A DNA stretch of 64,000 nucleotides from an uncultured Polyangiaceae bacterium. Its GTDB lineage: Bacteria; Myxococcota_A; Polyangia; Polyangiales; Polyangiaceae. The DNA is taken from positions 17,543 through 81,542 of the forward strand of contig CAYRKE010000009.1 of assembly GCA_964424695.1 (NCBI GenBank), given 5' to 3'. The position numbers and the translations under genes were made by a program. The notes below the pieces were generated by a model. The model had not been told where the DNA came from. It saw nothing but the letters and a program-made list of their open reading frames with translations, and did not search any database. This document shows positions 55,216 to 64,000 of this stretch, piece after piece; the stretch's first letter is position 1, and each line of letters begins with the position of its first letter.

Positions 55216-57755
55216 GGCGTGCGCATTCCGTTGCCCTGATGTGCATTGCGCAGGTTGCGTGGCTGGCACTTGGCTGCGGCGCTCCTCAGTCGCCTTCCGA
55301 TGGTCGACCAGGTGCGGCACCGCGGGCCGTGCGGGCCTCCTCGGACCGGGTGGCAGAGGCTGCCCGAGGCGTTGAGGGGGCCGGGCTGGGTCTCGAGGCA
55401 TTCGAGCCGTTACTCGCGGCGCCGGGGTTGGAGCGGGCCGCAAGGTCCGTCGAGCTTGGGCTTCACGGGGATGCTGCCAATGAAGTCTCGGCGGTCATCG
55501 CCGTGAGACGTCCCGAGGGGCTCGATGGACTCCGCTGGCACTTCTTGCTGGGCCGTTTGCGCGAAGCTGAGGGGCGGCTGGCGGAGGCTGCCATGGCTTA
55601 CGCACGGGCCGGGGCCGCACCCTGGGCGCTGCGCAGCTACGCCCAGCTTGGTCAGGCGAGGTGCTTGGGCCAATTGGGCAAGCCCAGGGACGCTTTGTCG
55701 CTGCTGCCGGACACGCCCGAGCCGGGGCCCATCGGGCTTAGCACGCTGCTCGTACGCGGGGCCGCGGCCCGCGCGCTTCACGACGACGCTGCGGCGCGGG
55801 ATGCATTTCGAAAGGCGCTCGTGCTGCCCGGGCTCGGCGCGGATCTTCCGGCCGTTGCCCTTGGTCTCGCGGAGTCCCTCCTCGAATGCGGAACCCCTGC
55901 CACGGCAGCTCCACTTGGGGCAGTTCCTTCGGTGACTGGTGCTCCAGGAGTATCTGGTCCCCTTGGCTTCGCCATCACGCCACCAGGGGAAGCCGGAGCG
56001 CCTGGTCCGGAGCCCAGCACAACGCCCTGCACTCGTGATGCCGTGGTGGAGGCACTCGCCGCCGTGAGGCGCGTGCTGCTGACGCAGCAGGGGACTGATG
56101 AGGAGGTCGCGCACGCCAAAGAGCTGGAGCAGCGAGCCCTCGGTCTACTGGGTACCGAGGACCGCAAGGCCCTCGAACCACTGTCCATTCCCGATCAGGT
56201 CACGGCGCTGACTGCGCTCGTCGACCGTCGCCGGTTCGAGGAGGCCCGTGCTTCGAGCGACGCTCTTCTCCAGTCCCTCGGCTCCAAGGATCGCGATACC
56301 GCTCTTGGTTGCGAAGCACAGTGGGTGGGAGCCAAAGCCCTGGCGGGCACGCGCGAGTGGGGCAAGGCCAGTGAGATGCTCGAGCGAGCCCTACCCCGGT
56401 GTGGCGCGGATCTCGACCGGAGAGCTCGCATGCTGTTTCTGGCGGCGAAATATGCCGACGCTGACGGTCGTCAGATGAAGGCCATCGAGCACTACGCTGC
56501 CCTCGAGCGTGAAGTTCCGGGCCACCGTCTCGCCGACGATGCGCGTCTCAACGGCGCCAAACTCTGGCTCGAGCGTGACGTGGAGGCGCGGTTCACTGAG
56601 ATGCTCTCACGCATGCCCGATGACTACCCAGAGGGCGATATGATGCTGGACGGGGTGTTCACCTTGGCCGCGCGGCGCATGGAGAAGGGGGATTGGTCCG
56701 GAGCAGCCAACGTTCTAGAGCGAGCGGCTGCCCTGATCGGCGGCAAGGATGTGGCACGTGGTCAGGAGTTCTCCGGGCGAGAGCGCTACTTCTTGGCTCG
56801 CGCTCGGATGGAGCTCGGACAGAAGGAACGGGGGCTCGAGGAACTCGTGAGCATCGTGCGCGAGTTGCCTTTGAGCTACTACATGCTCCAGGCCTATTCG
56901 CGTCTCGCAGAGGACGACCCCCACCACGCGCGCACGGTGCTCAGCTCGGCCCTCGAGCGCGCTACCGAGGCTCCCTTCACCTTCAAGGCGCGTCCCGAGC
57001 TCCAGCAGCCCGGCTTCCAGCGCGCCGTGGAGCTTCTGCGGGTCGGCGATGCCAGTTCCGCCAAGCGCGAGCTCGAGGCCTCGAACCTCACCGAGCGGAG
57101 TCAGGCGCCCGAGGTGCTATGGGCCGTGGCGCTGCTCTACGAGCGCGCTGGCGTCGCGAGCCTTGGTCACAGCATTGCCCGCGGGTTGCTCTCGGATTGG
57201 CTCGGGCAGTGGCCTGCAGGGGAGTGGAGTCGCGCCTGGCAGATCGCCTTTCCCAGGCCCTACTACGAGTTGGTCAGCAAGGAGGCCAAGAAGAACGGCA
57301 TTCCCGAGTATCTCGCCTACGCCATCATGCGCGAGGAGTCTGGGTTCCAGCCTACCGTGGAAAGCCCAGCTGCCGCCTACGGGCTCATGCAGATCATCGT
57401 GCCTACTGCGCGGAGCTACGCAAGACCCCTCAACCTGCCGTGGAGCGCAGCTGCCCTCAAGCGCCCCTCCATCAACATCGCCCTTGGTTGCCGTATCCTT
57501 GGGGATCTCTCGACGAAGTTCGACCAGAATCCGCTCCTTGCCATCCCCGGGTACAACGCCGGGCCCGGGCGCCCGCGGCGCTGGGTTCGAGAGCGTCCCA
57601 ATGCCGACTTCGACGTTTGGGTCGAGCGCATCCCAATCCGTGAGACCCACCGATACATGAAGCGGGTTCTGGCGAGCCGAGCGACCTACGCATTCCTCTA
57701 TCACCCGGGCGAGGCGGAGTCGGCATTGCGGCTTCCGACGAAGGTCGGGAGGTAG
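55212..57755 (+). CDS. lipoprotein lytic murein transglycosylase (Slt70-like: helical-repeat N-domain plus SLT catalytic domain)
   Basis: ORF 54951..57755. GTG 55212 or ATG 55239 precedes the lipobox LALGC. The SLT motifs are MREESGFQP, AYGLMQI and IPGYNAGPG. Confidence 0.85.
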   Translation: MRRAHSVALMCIAQVAWLALGCGAPQSPSDGRPGAAPRAVRASSDRVAEAARGVEGAGLGLEAFEPLLAAPGLERAARSVELGLHGDAANEVSAVIAVRRPEGLDGLRWHFLLGRLREAEGRLAEAAMAYARAGAAPWALRSYAQLGQARCLGQLGKPRDALSLLPDTPEPGPIGLSTLLVRGAAARALHDDAAARDAFRKALVLPGLGADLPAVALGLAESLLECGTPATAAPLGAVPSVTGAPGVSGPLGFAITPPGEAGAPGPEPSTTPCTRDAVVEALAAVRRVLLTQQGTDEEVAHAKELEQRALGLLGTEDRKALEPLSIPDQVTALTALVDRRRFEEARASSDALLQSLGSKDRDTALGCEAQWVGAKALAGTREWGKASEMLERALPRCGADLDRRARMLFLAAKYADADGRQMKAIEHYAALEREVPGHRLADDARLNGAKLWLERDVEARFTEMLSRMPDDYPEGDMMLDGVFTLAARRMEKGDWSGAANVLERAAALIGGKDVARGQEFSGRERYFLARARMELGQKERGLEELVSIVRELPLSYYMLQAYSRLAEDDPHHARTVLSSALERATEAPFTFKARPELQQPGFQRAVELLRVGDASSAKRELEASNLTERSQAPEVLWAVALLYERAGVASLGHSIARGLLSDWLGQWPAGEWSRAWQIAFPRPYYELVSKEAKKNGIPEYLAYAIMREESGFQPTVESPAAAYGLMQIIVPTARSYARPLNLPWSAAALKRPSINIALGCRILGDLSTKFDQNPLLAIPGYNAGPGRPRRWVRERPNADFDVWVERIPIRETHRYMKRVLASRATYAFLYHPGEAESALRLPTKVGR

Positions 57756-58224
57756 GCCGCCCGTAGGTACGTGCGCGCAGTCCGACGCGGTCCGACGCTG
57801 GCGCAGTCCAGTCCGCACGAGGTCCGTCGCGCCGCCGCGCCGCTCCGACGGGGGCGACGCTCGCGGCAAGGTGGTACCGGTGGCGCCCGCGGCGAGGTAG
57901 GACTTGCGGTGCTCAAGGCAAGAGGGGACCCGCGGGGCTGCAGCAGGCACAACCTGGCGGTACAGCTTGCCTCCAGGCTCTGACGGCCAGCCAGGGGAGG
58001 CACTTCGTCAAGGTTGGGAGCGATAGCGGGGCTGTTTCTGTGCGGGCAGAATCTTCCATTGCGTTGGGCGCCATTGCCCCAACGCTTCGGAGTGGCCGGG
58101 GATCGAGGGTTTAGGCGCGCATGCCAGGCGGCCAAGGGGGGGGGCGGCTTGCCCCGTGTGCGGCGTCGTGATTCGGGACGTGTCGCCCGTTGGCTGTTAA
58201 GCTAACTACCCTCTTGGTTCGCGC

Positions 58225-59763
58225 TTGTTCTCCCTTTGGTTGGAAGCGAGGCTCTTCGTGAGAAACACCCGGTGTTCCTTGGTTTCGGTGGACTCTTGGC
58301 GCTCCCGTTCGTCCTTGGGCCTCCTTGCCGTCAGCGGCCTGGCCCTCGTGGCAATCGGATGCGGTTCGGACGACAATGGCGGCGCTGATTCGTCCACCGG
58401 AGGCGTAAGTGCTGCAGTCGGCGGCAGCGGGACTGGCGGCGCGTCGAGCACGGGTGGCAGCAGTACGAGCACCGGCGGCGGCAGCGCCATGGGTACGGGT
58501 GGCAGCGGGACTGGTGGAACGAGCGGCAACACGGGCGGGACCAGCTCCAACACGGGTGGGACTAGTACCAACACGGGCGGGTTCACTTCCAACACGGGTG
58601 GGACCAGTACCAACACGGGTGGCATGACCGCCAGCACGGGTGGGGAGACCGCTGCCGGTGGATCGCCCCAGACTACTGGCGGCACGACGGGCGAGACTGG
58701 CGGCACGACGACGGGCGAGACTGGCGGCACGACGACGGGTGAGACCGGCGGCACGACGGGTGAGACCGGCGGCACGACGGGTGAGACCGGCGGCACGACG
58801 GGTGAGACCGGCGGCACGACGGGCGGTGATACGGGCGGAACCGCCGGGGTTATCGAGGTCCCCACCCTGGTCGGGCCCATAGAGCGGAGCGGCAACACCT
58901 ACGTTTTCGAGTTCGGCGATCTCTACTTCGAGGTCGACGCGGACGTTGGAGCGCGGATCGTGAGCTTCTCCCTCGGCGACACGGAAATCCTGTCGTCCAA
59001 GTCGCGGGTGTCGGGTGGGGATGACACGATGAAGAACAACTACGGGTCGACGTTCTGGACCAGCCCTCAGACGGACTGGAACTGGCCGCCGATCGCAGCG
59101 CACGACAGCGAGCCCTACACCCAGGTTTCGGTCGATGAAACCTCCTTCACTTTGGAGAGTGATTCCGCGTCAGTGGGCGGCAAGGATGTCTCCATCGTGA
59201 AGAAGTTCACGGCCGAGCTTGCAGAGAACCGGATCCGCATCGACTACACGATTCGCAATGAAGGTTCCTCATCGGCGCAGTTTGCGCCTTGGGAGGTTGG
59301 CCGGGTTACGAGCGGCGGGTTGACCTTCTTCCCCACCGGTCCAGATGGGACGCGCACGCCGACCATGACAGAGATGGATCCCTCGGAGTCAGGCGGAATC
59401 ACCTGGCTCGACTGGACGGGGAGCGGGCCGAGCGCGGAATCGAAGTACATCTGCGACGGGGCGGAAGGCTGGTTGGCGCATGCGCAGGATGGCGCCTTGC
59501 TCATGCGGACCTTCGTTGATATCCCGCTCTCCGGCGCGGCGTCTGGAGAAGCGGACGTCGAGCTCTACGCCAATACCCAGTACGAATACGTGGAGACCGA
59601 GCCCCAGGGAGCTCTCGCATCCATTCCCGGCGGCGAGGAGACGACCTGGACCGTCTACTGGCAACTCGTAGCCATCCCGGAGGAGGTTACGGTCGAAGAG
59701 GGCAGCGAGACATTGGCGACCTTTGCGCGGTCCGTGGCAGCCCTAGCGCCCGTCAGTGGCTAG
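58225..59763 (+). CDS. lipoprotein with Gly/Thr-rich tandem repeats and a C-terminal globular domain of about 290 aa
   Basis: 512-aa ORF. Lipobox LVAIGC; NTGGTS(S/T) x6 and GGTT(T)GET x7 repeats; C-domain with FWTSPQTDWNWPP. The start is uncertain (TTG 58225 or GTG 58258). Confidence 0.75.
   Translation: MFSLWLEARLFVRNTRCSLVSVDSWRSRSSLGLLAVSGLALVAIGCGSDDNGGADSSTGGVSAAVGGSGTGGASSTGGSSTSTGGGSAMGTGGSGTGGTSGNTGGTSSNTGGTSTNTGGFTSNTGGTSTNTGGMTASTGGETAAGGSPQTTGGTTGETGGTTTGETGGTTTGETGGTTGETGGTTGETGGTTGETGGTTGGDTGGTAGVIEVPTLVGPIERSGNTYVFEFGDLYFEVDADVGARIVSFSLGDTEILSSKSRVSGGDDTMKNNYGSTFWTSPQTDWNWPPIAAHDSEPYTQVSVDETSFTLESDSASVGGKDVSIVKKFTAELAENRIRIDYTIRNEGSSSAQFAPWEVGRVTSGGLTFFPTGPDGTRTPTMTEMDPSESGGITWLDWTGSGPSAESKYICDGAEGWLAHAQDGALLMRTFVDIPLSGAASGEADVELYANTQYEYVETEPQGALASIPGGEETTWTVYWQLVAIPEEVTVEEGSETLATFARSVAALAPVSG
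58528..58653 (+). repeat. 21-nt in-frame tandem repeat, about 6 copies
   Basis: AACACGGGYGGGACCAGYWCC units read directly from the sequence. Confidence 0.9.
58678..58830 (+). repeat. 21/24-nt in-frame tandem repeat, about 7 copies
   Basis: GGCGGCACGACG(ACG)GGYGAGACY units. Units at 58747-58809 are three 100%-identical 21-mers. Confidence 0.95.
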
Positions 59764-59944
59764 AAGTCTCGCAGAGCGGCGGAGGACCTCGAGCGGCGTT
59801 TCGCTCAGGACCGCGAGTCACGACTGAGCTCTGCGAATGTGTGGGTGGAGTCCGCCCTGACGGGGAAGTCGGCGACGCCTTCTGATCCCGACGCTCCAGC
59901 GGCTCCCGAGCATCCGTTGCGGGGGTCGGGATCGATGGTTGTTC

Positions 59945-60973
59945 CTACTTCGTGAGCGTCTCTGGTGAGGCCACCGGGGAGAGTGCCGCGCCGGTCGGGT
60001 CTCCTGCCGGGTTCGGCACTCCGTTGAGGCCACGCAAGCTCGCGACCAACGCGGCCGAACCCGCCGGCGTCGCCGCGGCGCGTGGACCGGGGGTAGCGTT
60101 GTTCAGGGCTTGGGGCTGGATAATCCCCACTGCCGGCAGGGTCGTTTCCAGATCAGAAGACTCCGTGTCTTGCGATGGGGATTCCTCGCCGGGCTCTGCC
60201 TCCGCGTCTGGAGCTGCCCTTCGCCGTCCCCCGCCACGGTTTGCGTACAGGGACGGAATGATGGCGTCGACGTCGCCCTCCTTCCAGCGCAGATACGAGA
60301 TGGCGCGCCGCGCATTCTCGTACGCGCTCACCAGGAGCGTGAAGGCGCGCGCGCGCATGTTACTTGCGGCCCTCGAGGCACCTGGGCTCTGCTCACGGAG
60401 CCCGAGGCTTCGCAGGATACGTGCCGAGAGTAGCATGGCGCGTTCGAGCTCGGTCGCCTGGATGGCGGATTCTTCCTCGACGGCAGGAAGGCTGTCCGTG
60501 AGGTGTCTGCCCAGGACCTGGAGATCGTTCGCCAGGTTTCGGTGGCCGACAGTCCCCTCTAGGGCCTTCGGTGCCATGGGTTCGATCAGGCCGCGCTTGA
60601 ACAACGCCTCAGCGTCGCTGCGGAGGCGTTCGCACAGCGCCACACCCTCCGCGTGGAGCACCCGCAGGTCATCCGGTGGCTTCTGGGCTACGAGGTGCAT
60701 CGTGTGCGCGTGGGCGAGCGCCATGGCGTAGTCTTCGAGCTTGTCGAATCGCGGGAGATCGAAGTCTGGCAACCGGCGCATCAATTCGGCACGGAAGCTT
60801 TGGAGCTCGGGGAGTGTGCCGAGGACGACCGAGACGGCCACCATGGGCTCCAGGTTGACATGAGCCACCTGTTCGGCGGGGAGCGCCTCGAGCTCGGGCA
60901 GCACGCGCTTGTACGATTCTTCGTAGAGGATCTCACTGTCGACGTTGGGTTGAGTATCGAGATCATCGGACAT
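59945..60973 (-). CDS. hypothetical protein (342 aa), helical N-domain and disordered Pro/Ala/Gly C-tail
   Basis: ORF 59945..61219. The ATG at 60973 is preceded by GGAAAGGAAG. The sequence starts MSDDLDTQPNVDSEILYEESYKRVLPELEAL.... Confidence 0.6.
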   Translation of the reverse strand: MSDDLDTQPNVDSEILYEESYKRVLPELEALPAEQVAHVNLEPMVAVSVVLGTLPELQSFRAELMRRLPDFDLPRFDKLEDYAMALAHAHTMHLVAQKPPDDLRVLHAEGVALCERLRSDAEALFKRGLIEPMAPKALEGTVGHRNLANDLQVLGRHLTDSLPAVEEESAIQATELERAMLLSARILRSLGLREQSPGASRAASNMRARAFTLLVSAYENARRAISYLRWKEGDVDAIIPSLYANRGGGRRRAAPDAEAEPGEESPSQDTESSDLETTLPAVGIIQPQALNNATPGPRAAATPAGSAALVASLRGLNGVPNPAGDPTGAALSPVASPETLTK

Positions 60974-61589
60974 GGTCGCTTCCTTTCCGGGTTGGCTCAT
61001 TGCGAAATTGCGTGAAAGCCTCTCATCGGCCAGTGCACTCCTCAGTTGCGTGTCCTCGACATCGGGGGGCGATAGGTCCCGTGACCCGTGGTCCCTGGTC
61101 CGCAGTGCAGCCTCCGCGAGTGCCCAAGGTGATCGGTGTGTCCTGCGGTGGGCTCCTCGAAGTGGCCGGGCAGGGCCGGGTGGTCCGCTGCGGCTTCTGC
61201 GGCGCCCATTCCTGTCCATACGATGCAGCCTGCAAGCAGATACAACCCGTGGCCCGCTGCCAAGCGATGGGCATCGCTGTGGCTCGGCTTCAGCCGTTTA
61301 CCCGACGTTTGCGAGCTGCTAGCCGATCCCGAGAGCATCTGGCAAGCGTCGCGTCATCGGCATCGACACCCCAGTGGGGGGCTTTCACCGCACGGCGGCA
61401 GCATGCGAGGCGCGCTGGCCCTACCCCGCTGAGCCCGTGGACGCGATGCCGACCATGGAGGGGCGGCGGCTGTTGCCTGTGGCACGGGCTGCGTGCGTCC
61501 CAGCGGTGGCCCCCAAGAGACCTCTCACCGAGCATCCGCGGCCGTGCGTTGCGTCGACGGTCCGATTGGCCCCGCGTCAGCTGGGCGCA

Positions 61590-61924
61590 CTAAGGATCTG
61601 GCAACTGGCGAAAGGGCGCGACCACGCCCGCTTTCCACGTCCACGCCATCCGATGGTGGGCAGGCGTGCCTCCCTGCTCATCTGCTGCCATGGAGTAGAC
61701 CACCACGACCTCGGCGTCGCCGTCAGAGTCGTAGTCGAACACCGAGAGGGGCTCGAACGTAACGGCTCCAGGCTTCGTGCGCAGTGGGCCGAAATCCGCG
61801 GCGGCGACCCGCCTGTGCTGGCTAGTCTCATCATCCGTCGCTCACGCCACCCTTGGATAGTGATGCCGACGCCCAACCAATACCGGAAACGCCAGGACGC
61901 TTCAATATCGCGCTCCGCGGGCAA
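61590..61924 (-). pseudogene. frameshifted or decayed gene remnant
   Basis: An 81-codon open frame with no usable start reads DDETSQHRRVAAADFGPLRTKPGAVTFEPLSVFDYDSDGDAEVVVVYSMAADEQGGTPAHHRMAWTWKAGVVAPFRQLPDP*. A protein-like segment in another frame lies just upstream (PAERDIEASWRFRYWLGVGITIQGWRER), with the junction near 61835-61845. Confidence 0.35.
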
Positions 61925-61996
61925 GCGTGGGGAGCAGGCCGTATCCGTTCACCCCTCGCACGGGGGACGGGCCGCGATATGCCTCGCGTGCAGGGG

Positions 61997-62045
61997 CCGC
62001 GGGCGCCCCCCAATCGGGCATCGCCCGATTGGGGGGCGCCCGCGG
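61997..62045. repeat. perfect 23-bp-arm inverted repeat with 3-nt loop
   Basis: CCGCGGGCGCCCCCCAATCGGGC-atc-GCCCGATTGGGGGGCGCCCGCGG. Both arms were checked base by base. Confidence 0.95.
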
Positions 62046-62247
62046 AGTTGCCGTAGCGGTCCGGCGCTCACGTACCGACGGGACGCTTCGTTCCGGTGCT
62101 CGCTGCGCCGTCGGCCCGAGGCGGCGCCGGGCCGGGGCCTTCTCGAGCCGTGGACGCTTGCCACTGGCCTTCTCTGTCGGCTAGCGGTTCGTCGGGCCTT
62201 GGCGAAGTGGCGGTTGGTTGCCGGTGACTCGCGGGGTGCCGTGAGCC

Positions 62248-63090
62248 ATGGTACGGCTTGCGGGATCCAGCGTGGAGTGGGGCCGCATCAATCCAACCAT
62301 GGGCCGCAAGCGTCGTGTTATTGGCATCGAGAACCCAGCCGGGTGGGTCTTCAACCGCATGGCGGAGGTGTACGACTCGAGGCCGGTTTATCCCACTGAG
62401 CTCGTGGATGCGCTCGTTGTCTTGGCTCGAGGTCCCCGTGTCGTCGACCTCGGAGCTGGTACCGGGCATCTCGCCCTGCCTCTGGCTGCCCGTGGTCTCG
62501 AAGTGGTGGCGGTGGAGCCCGCGGCGGCCATGCTGCAGGTGCTCGAGCGATCGGCCGCCGAGCGGGGGCTTCGCGTCGAAGCTGCCCACGGCAAGGCAGA
62601 GGAGCTGCCCTTCGACGTGGCGCGTTTCGACCTCGTGGTCATCTCGGATGCACTGCATTTTGTGGACGCGGAGCTGGTGGGACGCGAGGTGCGCCGCGTG
62701 CTCGCGCCCGGCGGCGCACTCGCGGTGGTAACCTGTGAGTTCGCGAACACCCCCTTCATGACCGCGCTCCGGGAACTCATGGAAAGTGCCGCACCTCGGC
62801 GCCCCCGCGCGATCTCGCAGGCCATGCGGCACTTGGCCGCCCTCTCTGACGCGCCACTGCATCGCGCCGCGCGCTTCGTCGATGAGACGCCTGTGGAGGC
62901 CGATCAGCTCGAGAGTATCCTACGCTCCATCTCCTTCATTGGCCCTGCCATGAATCCAGTTCGGTTCGAGGCCTTTCGGGAGCGGCTTCACGCACTACCG
63001 CACGCGCCGGTGTGGGCGCGCGAGTTCACGCTGTACCAGGGGCGCAAGAGTCACAAGTCGTGGACTGCTGCTCCGAAGCGACGGGGATAG
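62248..63090 (+). CDS. class I SAM-dependent methyltransferase
   Basis: Motif I VVDLGAGTGHLALPLA, then VVAVEPAAAML and FDLVVISDALHFVD. The start is uncertain (alternative ATG at 62299). Confidence 0.8.
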   Translation: MVRLAGSSVEWGRINPTMGRKRRVIGIENPAGWVFNRMAEVYDSRPVYPTELVDALVVLARGPRVVDLGAGTGHLALPLAARGLEVVAVEPAAAMLQVLERSAAERGLRVEAAHGKAEELPFDVARFDLVVISDALHFVDAELVGREVRRVLAPGGALAVVTCEFANTPFMTALRELMESAAPRRPRAISQAMRHLAALSDAPLHRAARFVDETPVEADQLESILRSISFIGPAMNPVRFEAFRERLHALPHAPVWAREFTLYQGRKSHKSWTAAPKRRG

Positions 63091-63243
63091 TCCTCGTCAG
63101 CAGCTACTGGCAGAGCAGTCGCGCCTCGCCTCGCACGCAACTTGCAGGCTCGGAACTGAGCCGGCCGACGGCGCTGGCTGTGCAAGAGCGGGGGAGCCGG
63201 ATGCCGTAGCCCGGATCCGGCGCCCTTCATGCGTCAAGCGCGA

Positions 63244-64000
63244 CTATTGCACCGAAACTACCTCGGTTCTGCACGCTCCGCTGCAGCCATCCCGGTCCTC
63301 GTTGTTGCCGTCGTCGCACTCCTCGTACTCAGGCTGCCATCCGCCGTCGCCGCAGAACGGGCCCAAGATGCAGCCAATGGCACACTCGCCGTAGCCGCCA
63401 TCGTTGATGCTGTCGTCACAGGCCTCACCATCAGAGGTGATACCGTCACCGCAATAGGGGCCTAGCTGACAGTTGGCAGCGCATCCCCCATACGTTCCGG
63501 TGTTTTCGCTAGCACCGTAGTCGCAGGCCTCTTCCTCCTGCTTGACTCCGTCTCCGCAGTGGGGGCCCAGGGTGCAGTCAGCAGAACACTGGTTGTAGCC
63601 GCCCAGGTTGTTGCCCGCGCCGTCGTCGCATTCCTCGCCTGGGCCGATCGCACCATCGCCGCAATTCGTGACGCAGTCACTCGCTCCCGCGTCGAATCCC
63701 GTGAGCGTGAGCTTGTAGGTCGAACCGGTCTTCTTCCTTTCGGCTTGGAACACCTTGACCTCGTAGACGTTGCCCGGCTCGAGTCCAAAGTCGGCTACCG
63801 TGCTTCTCGCCGGTTCGTTCTCGTCTTCGGTTCCATCGCTTCCGTGGATCTGGTTGATGGTTCCGTTGCCGTCGAGCGTGAAGCGTCCCTCGACCGGAAC
63901 GTGCAGCCCTCCGAGATCCACGGCTAGGTGCCCGTTGACGAAGACCCACATGTCATCATCCCCGATGAAGGAGAGCTCCGCCGTCATCCCGGCGGTGTAT
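63244..64000 (-). CDS. second fibro-slime-domain plus cysteine-rich-repeat protein (partial; N-terminus beyond the window end)
   Basis: The frame stays open to position 64000 (...YTAGMTAELSFIGDDDMWVFVNGHLAVDLGG...). Five C-terminal CGDG...CDDG repeats follow. It is a paralog of 46637..49618. Confidence 0.8.
   Translation of the reverse strand, partial: YTAGMTAELSFIGDDDMWVFVNGHLAVDLGGLHVPVEGRFTLDGNGTINQIHGSDGTEDENEPARSTVADFGLEPGNVYEVKVFQAERKKTGSTYKLTLTGFDAGASDCVTNCGDGAIGPGEECDDGAGNNLGGYNQCSADCTLGPHCGDGVKQEEEACDYGASENTGTYGGCAANCQLGPYCGDGITSDGEACDDSINDGGYGECAIGCILGPFCGDGGWQPEYEECDDGNNEDRDGCSGACRTEVVSVQ

Noticed and set aside
46637-64000. The idea that the two inverted fibro-slime paralogs act as recombination substrates for inversion of the 13.6-kb segment between them.
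   Set aside because: Where I compared them by eye, the DNA sequences differ at most third-codon positions. I saw no long identical tract that could support homologous recombination.

Overview
High-GC bacterial chromosomal window. By inference from gene content it is probably Myxococcota: a giant Ser/Thr-kinase/STAND/TPR protein, Myxococcus-type cysteine-rich-repeat plus fibro-slime proteins, a thrombospondin-repeat OmpA and many lipoproteins. I can support about 45 protein genes, one tRNA-Gln(TTG), several short repeats and hairpins, and a few hand-called promoters. I saw no rRNA, CRISPR array, transposase, integrase or phage genes. Housekeeping anchors are dnaA (20034-21494), grpE-dnaK, an unlinked dnaJ-proC pair, proA, rpiA, hemE-hemY and a UvrD/PcrA helicase. 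The rest is envelope and signalling: a heterodimeric ABC exporter next to an Omp85 paralog, an ECF sigma/anti-sigma pair, a PP2C phosphatase, PilZ, USP, a STAS-like pair, OmpA, an Slt-type lytic transglycosylase, and two fibro-slime paralogs. I found no clear-cut new system. The best candidates for follow-up are: (1) a 765-bp repeat-packed intergenic region (19-bp tandem array, an inverted copy of its core, and a triplicated TTCG-N4-CGAA motif) upstream of a USP gene and an overlapping unknown/STAS-like gene pair; (2) a Cys-type (CxxxY) CcmE heme chaperone inside a hemE-hemY operon with no other ccm genes in view; (3) a non-canonical dnaA neighbourhood with no assignable oriC; (4) a decayed 1.3-kb stretch containing a frameshifted gene remnant and a perfect 23-bp-arm hairpin. 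All family calls come from motifs read by eye in the ORF translations, because no database search was possible. Start codons are often uncertain because high GC produces long N-terminal ORF extensions and many antisense shadow ORFs.
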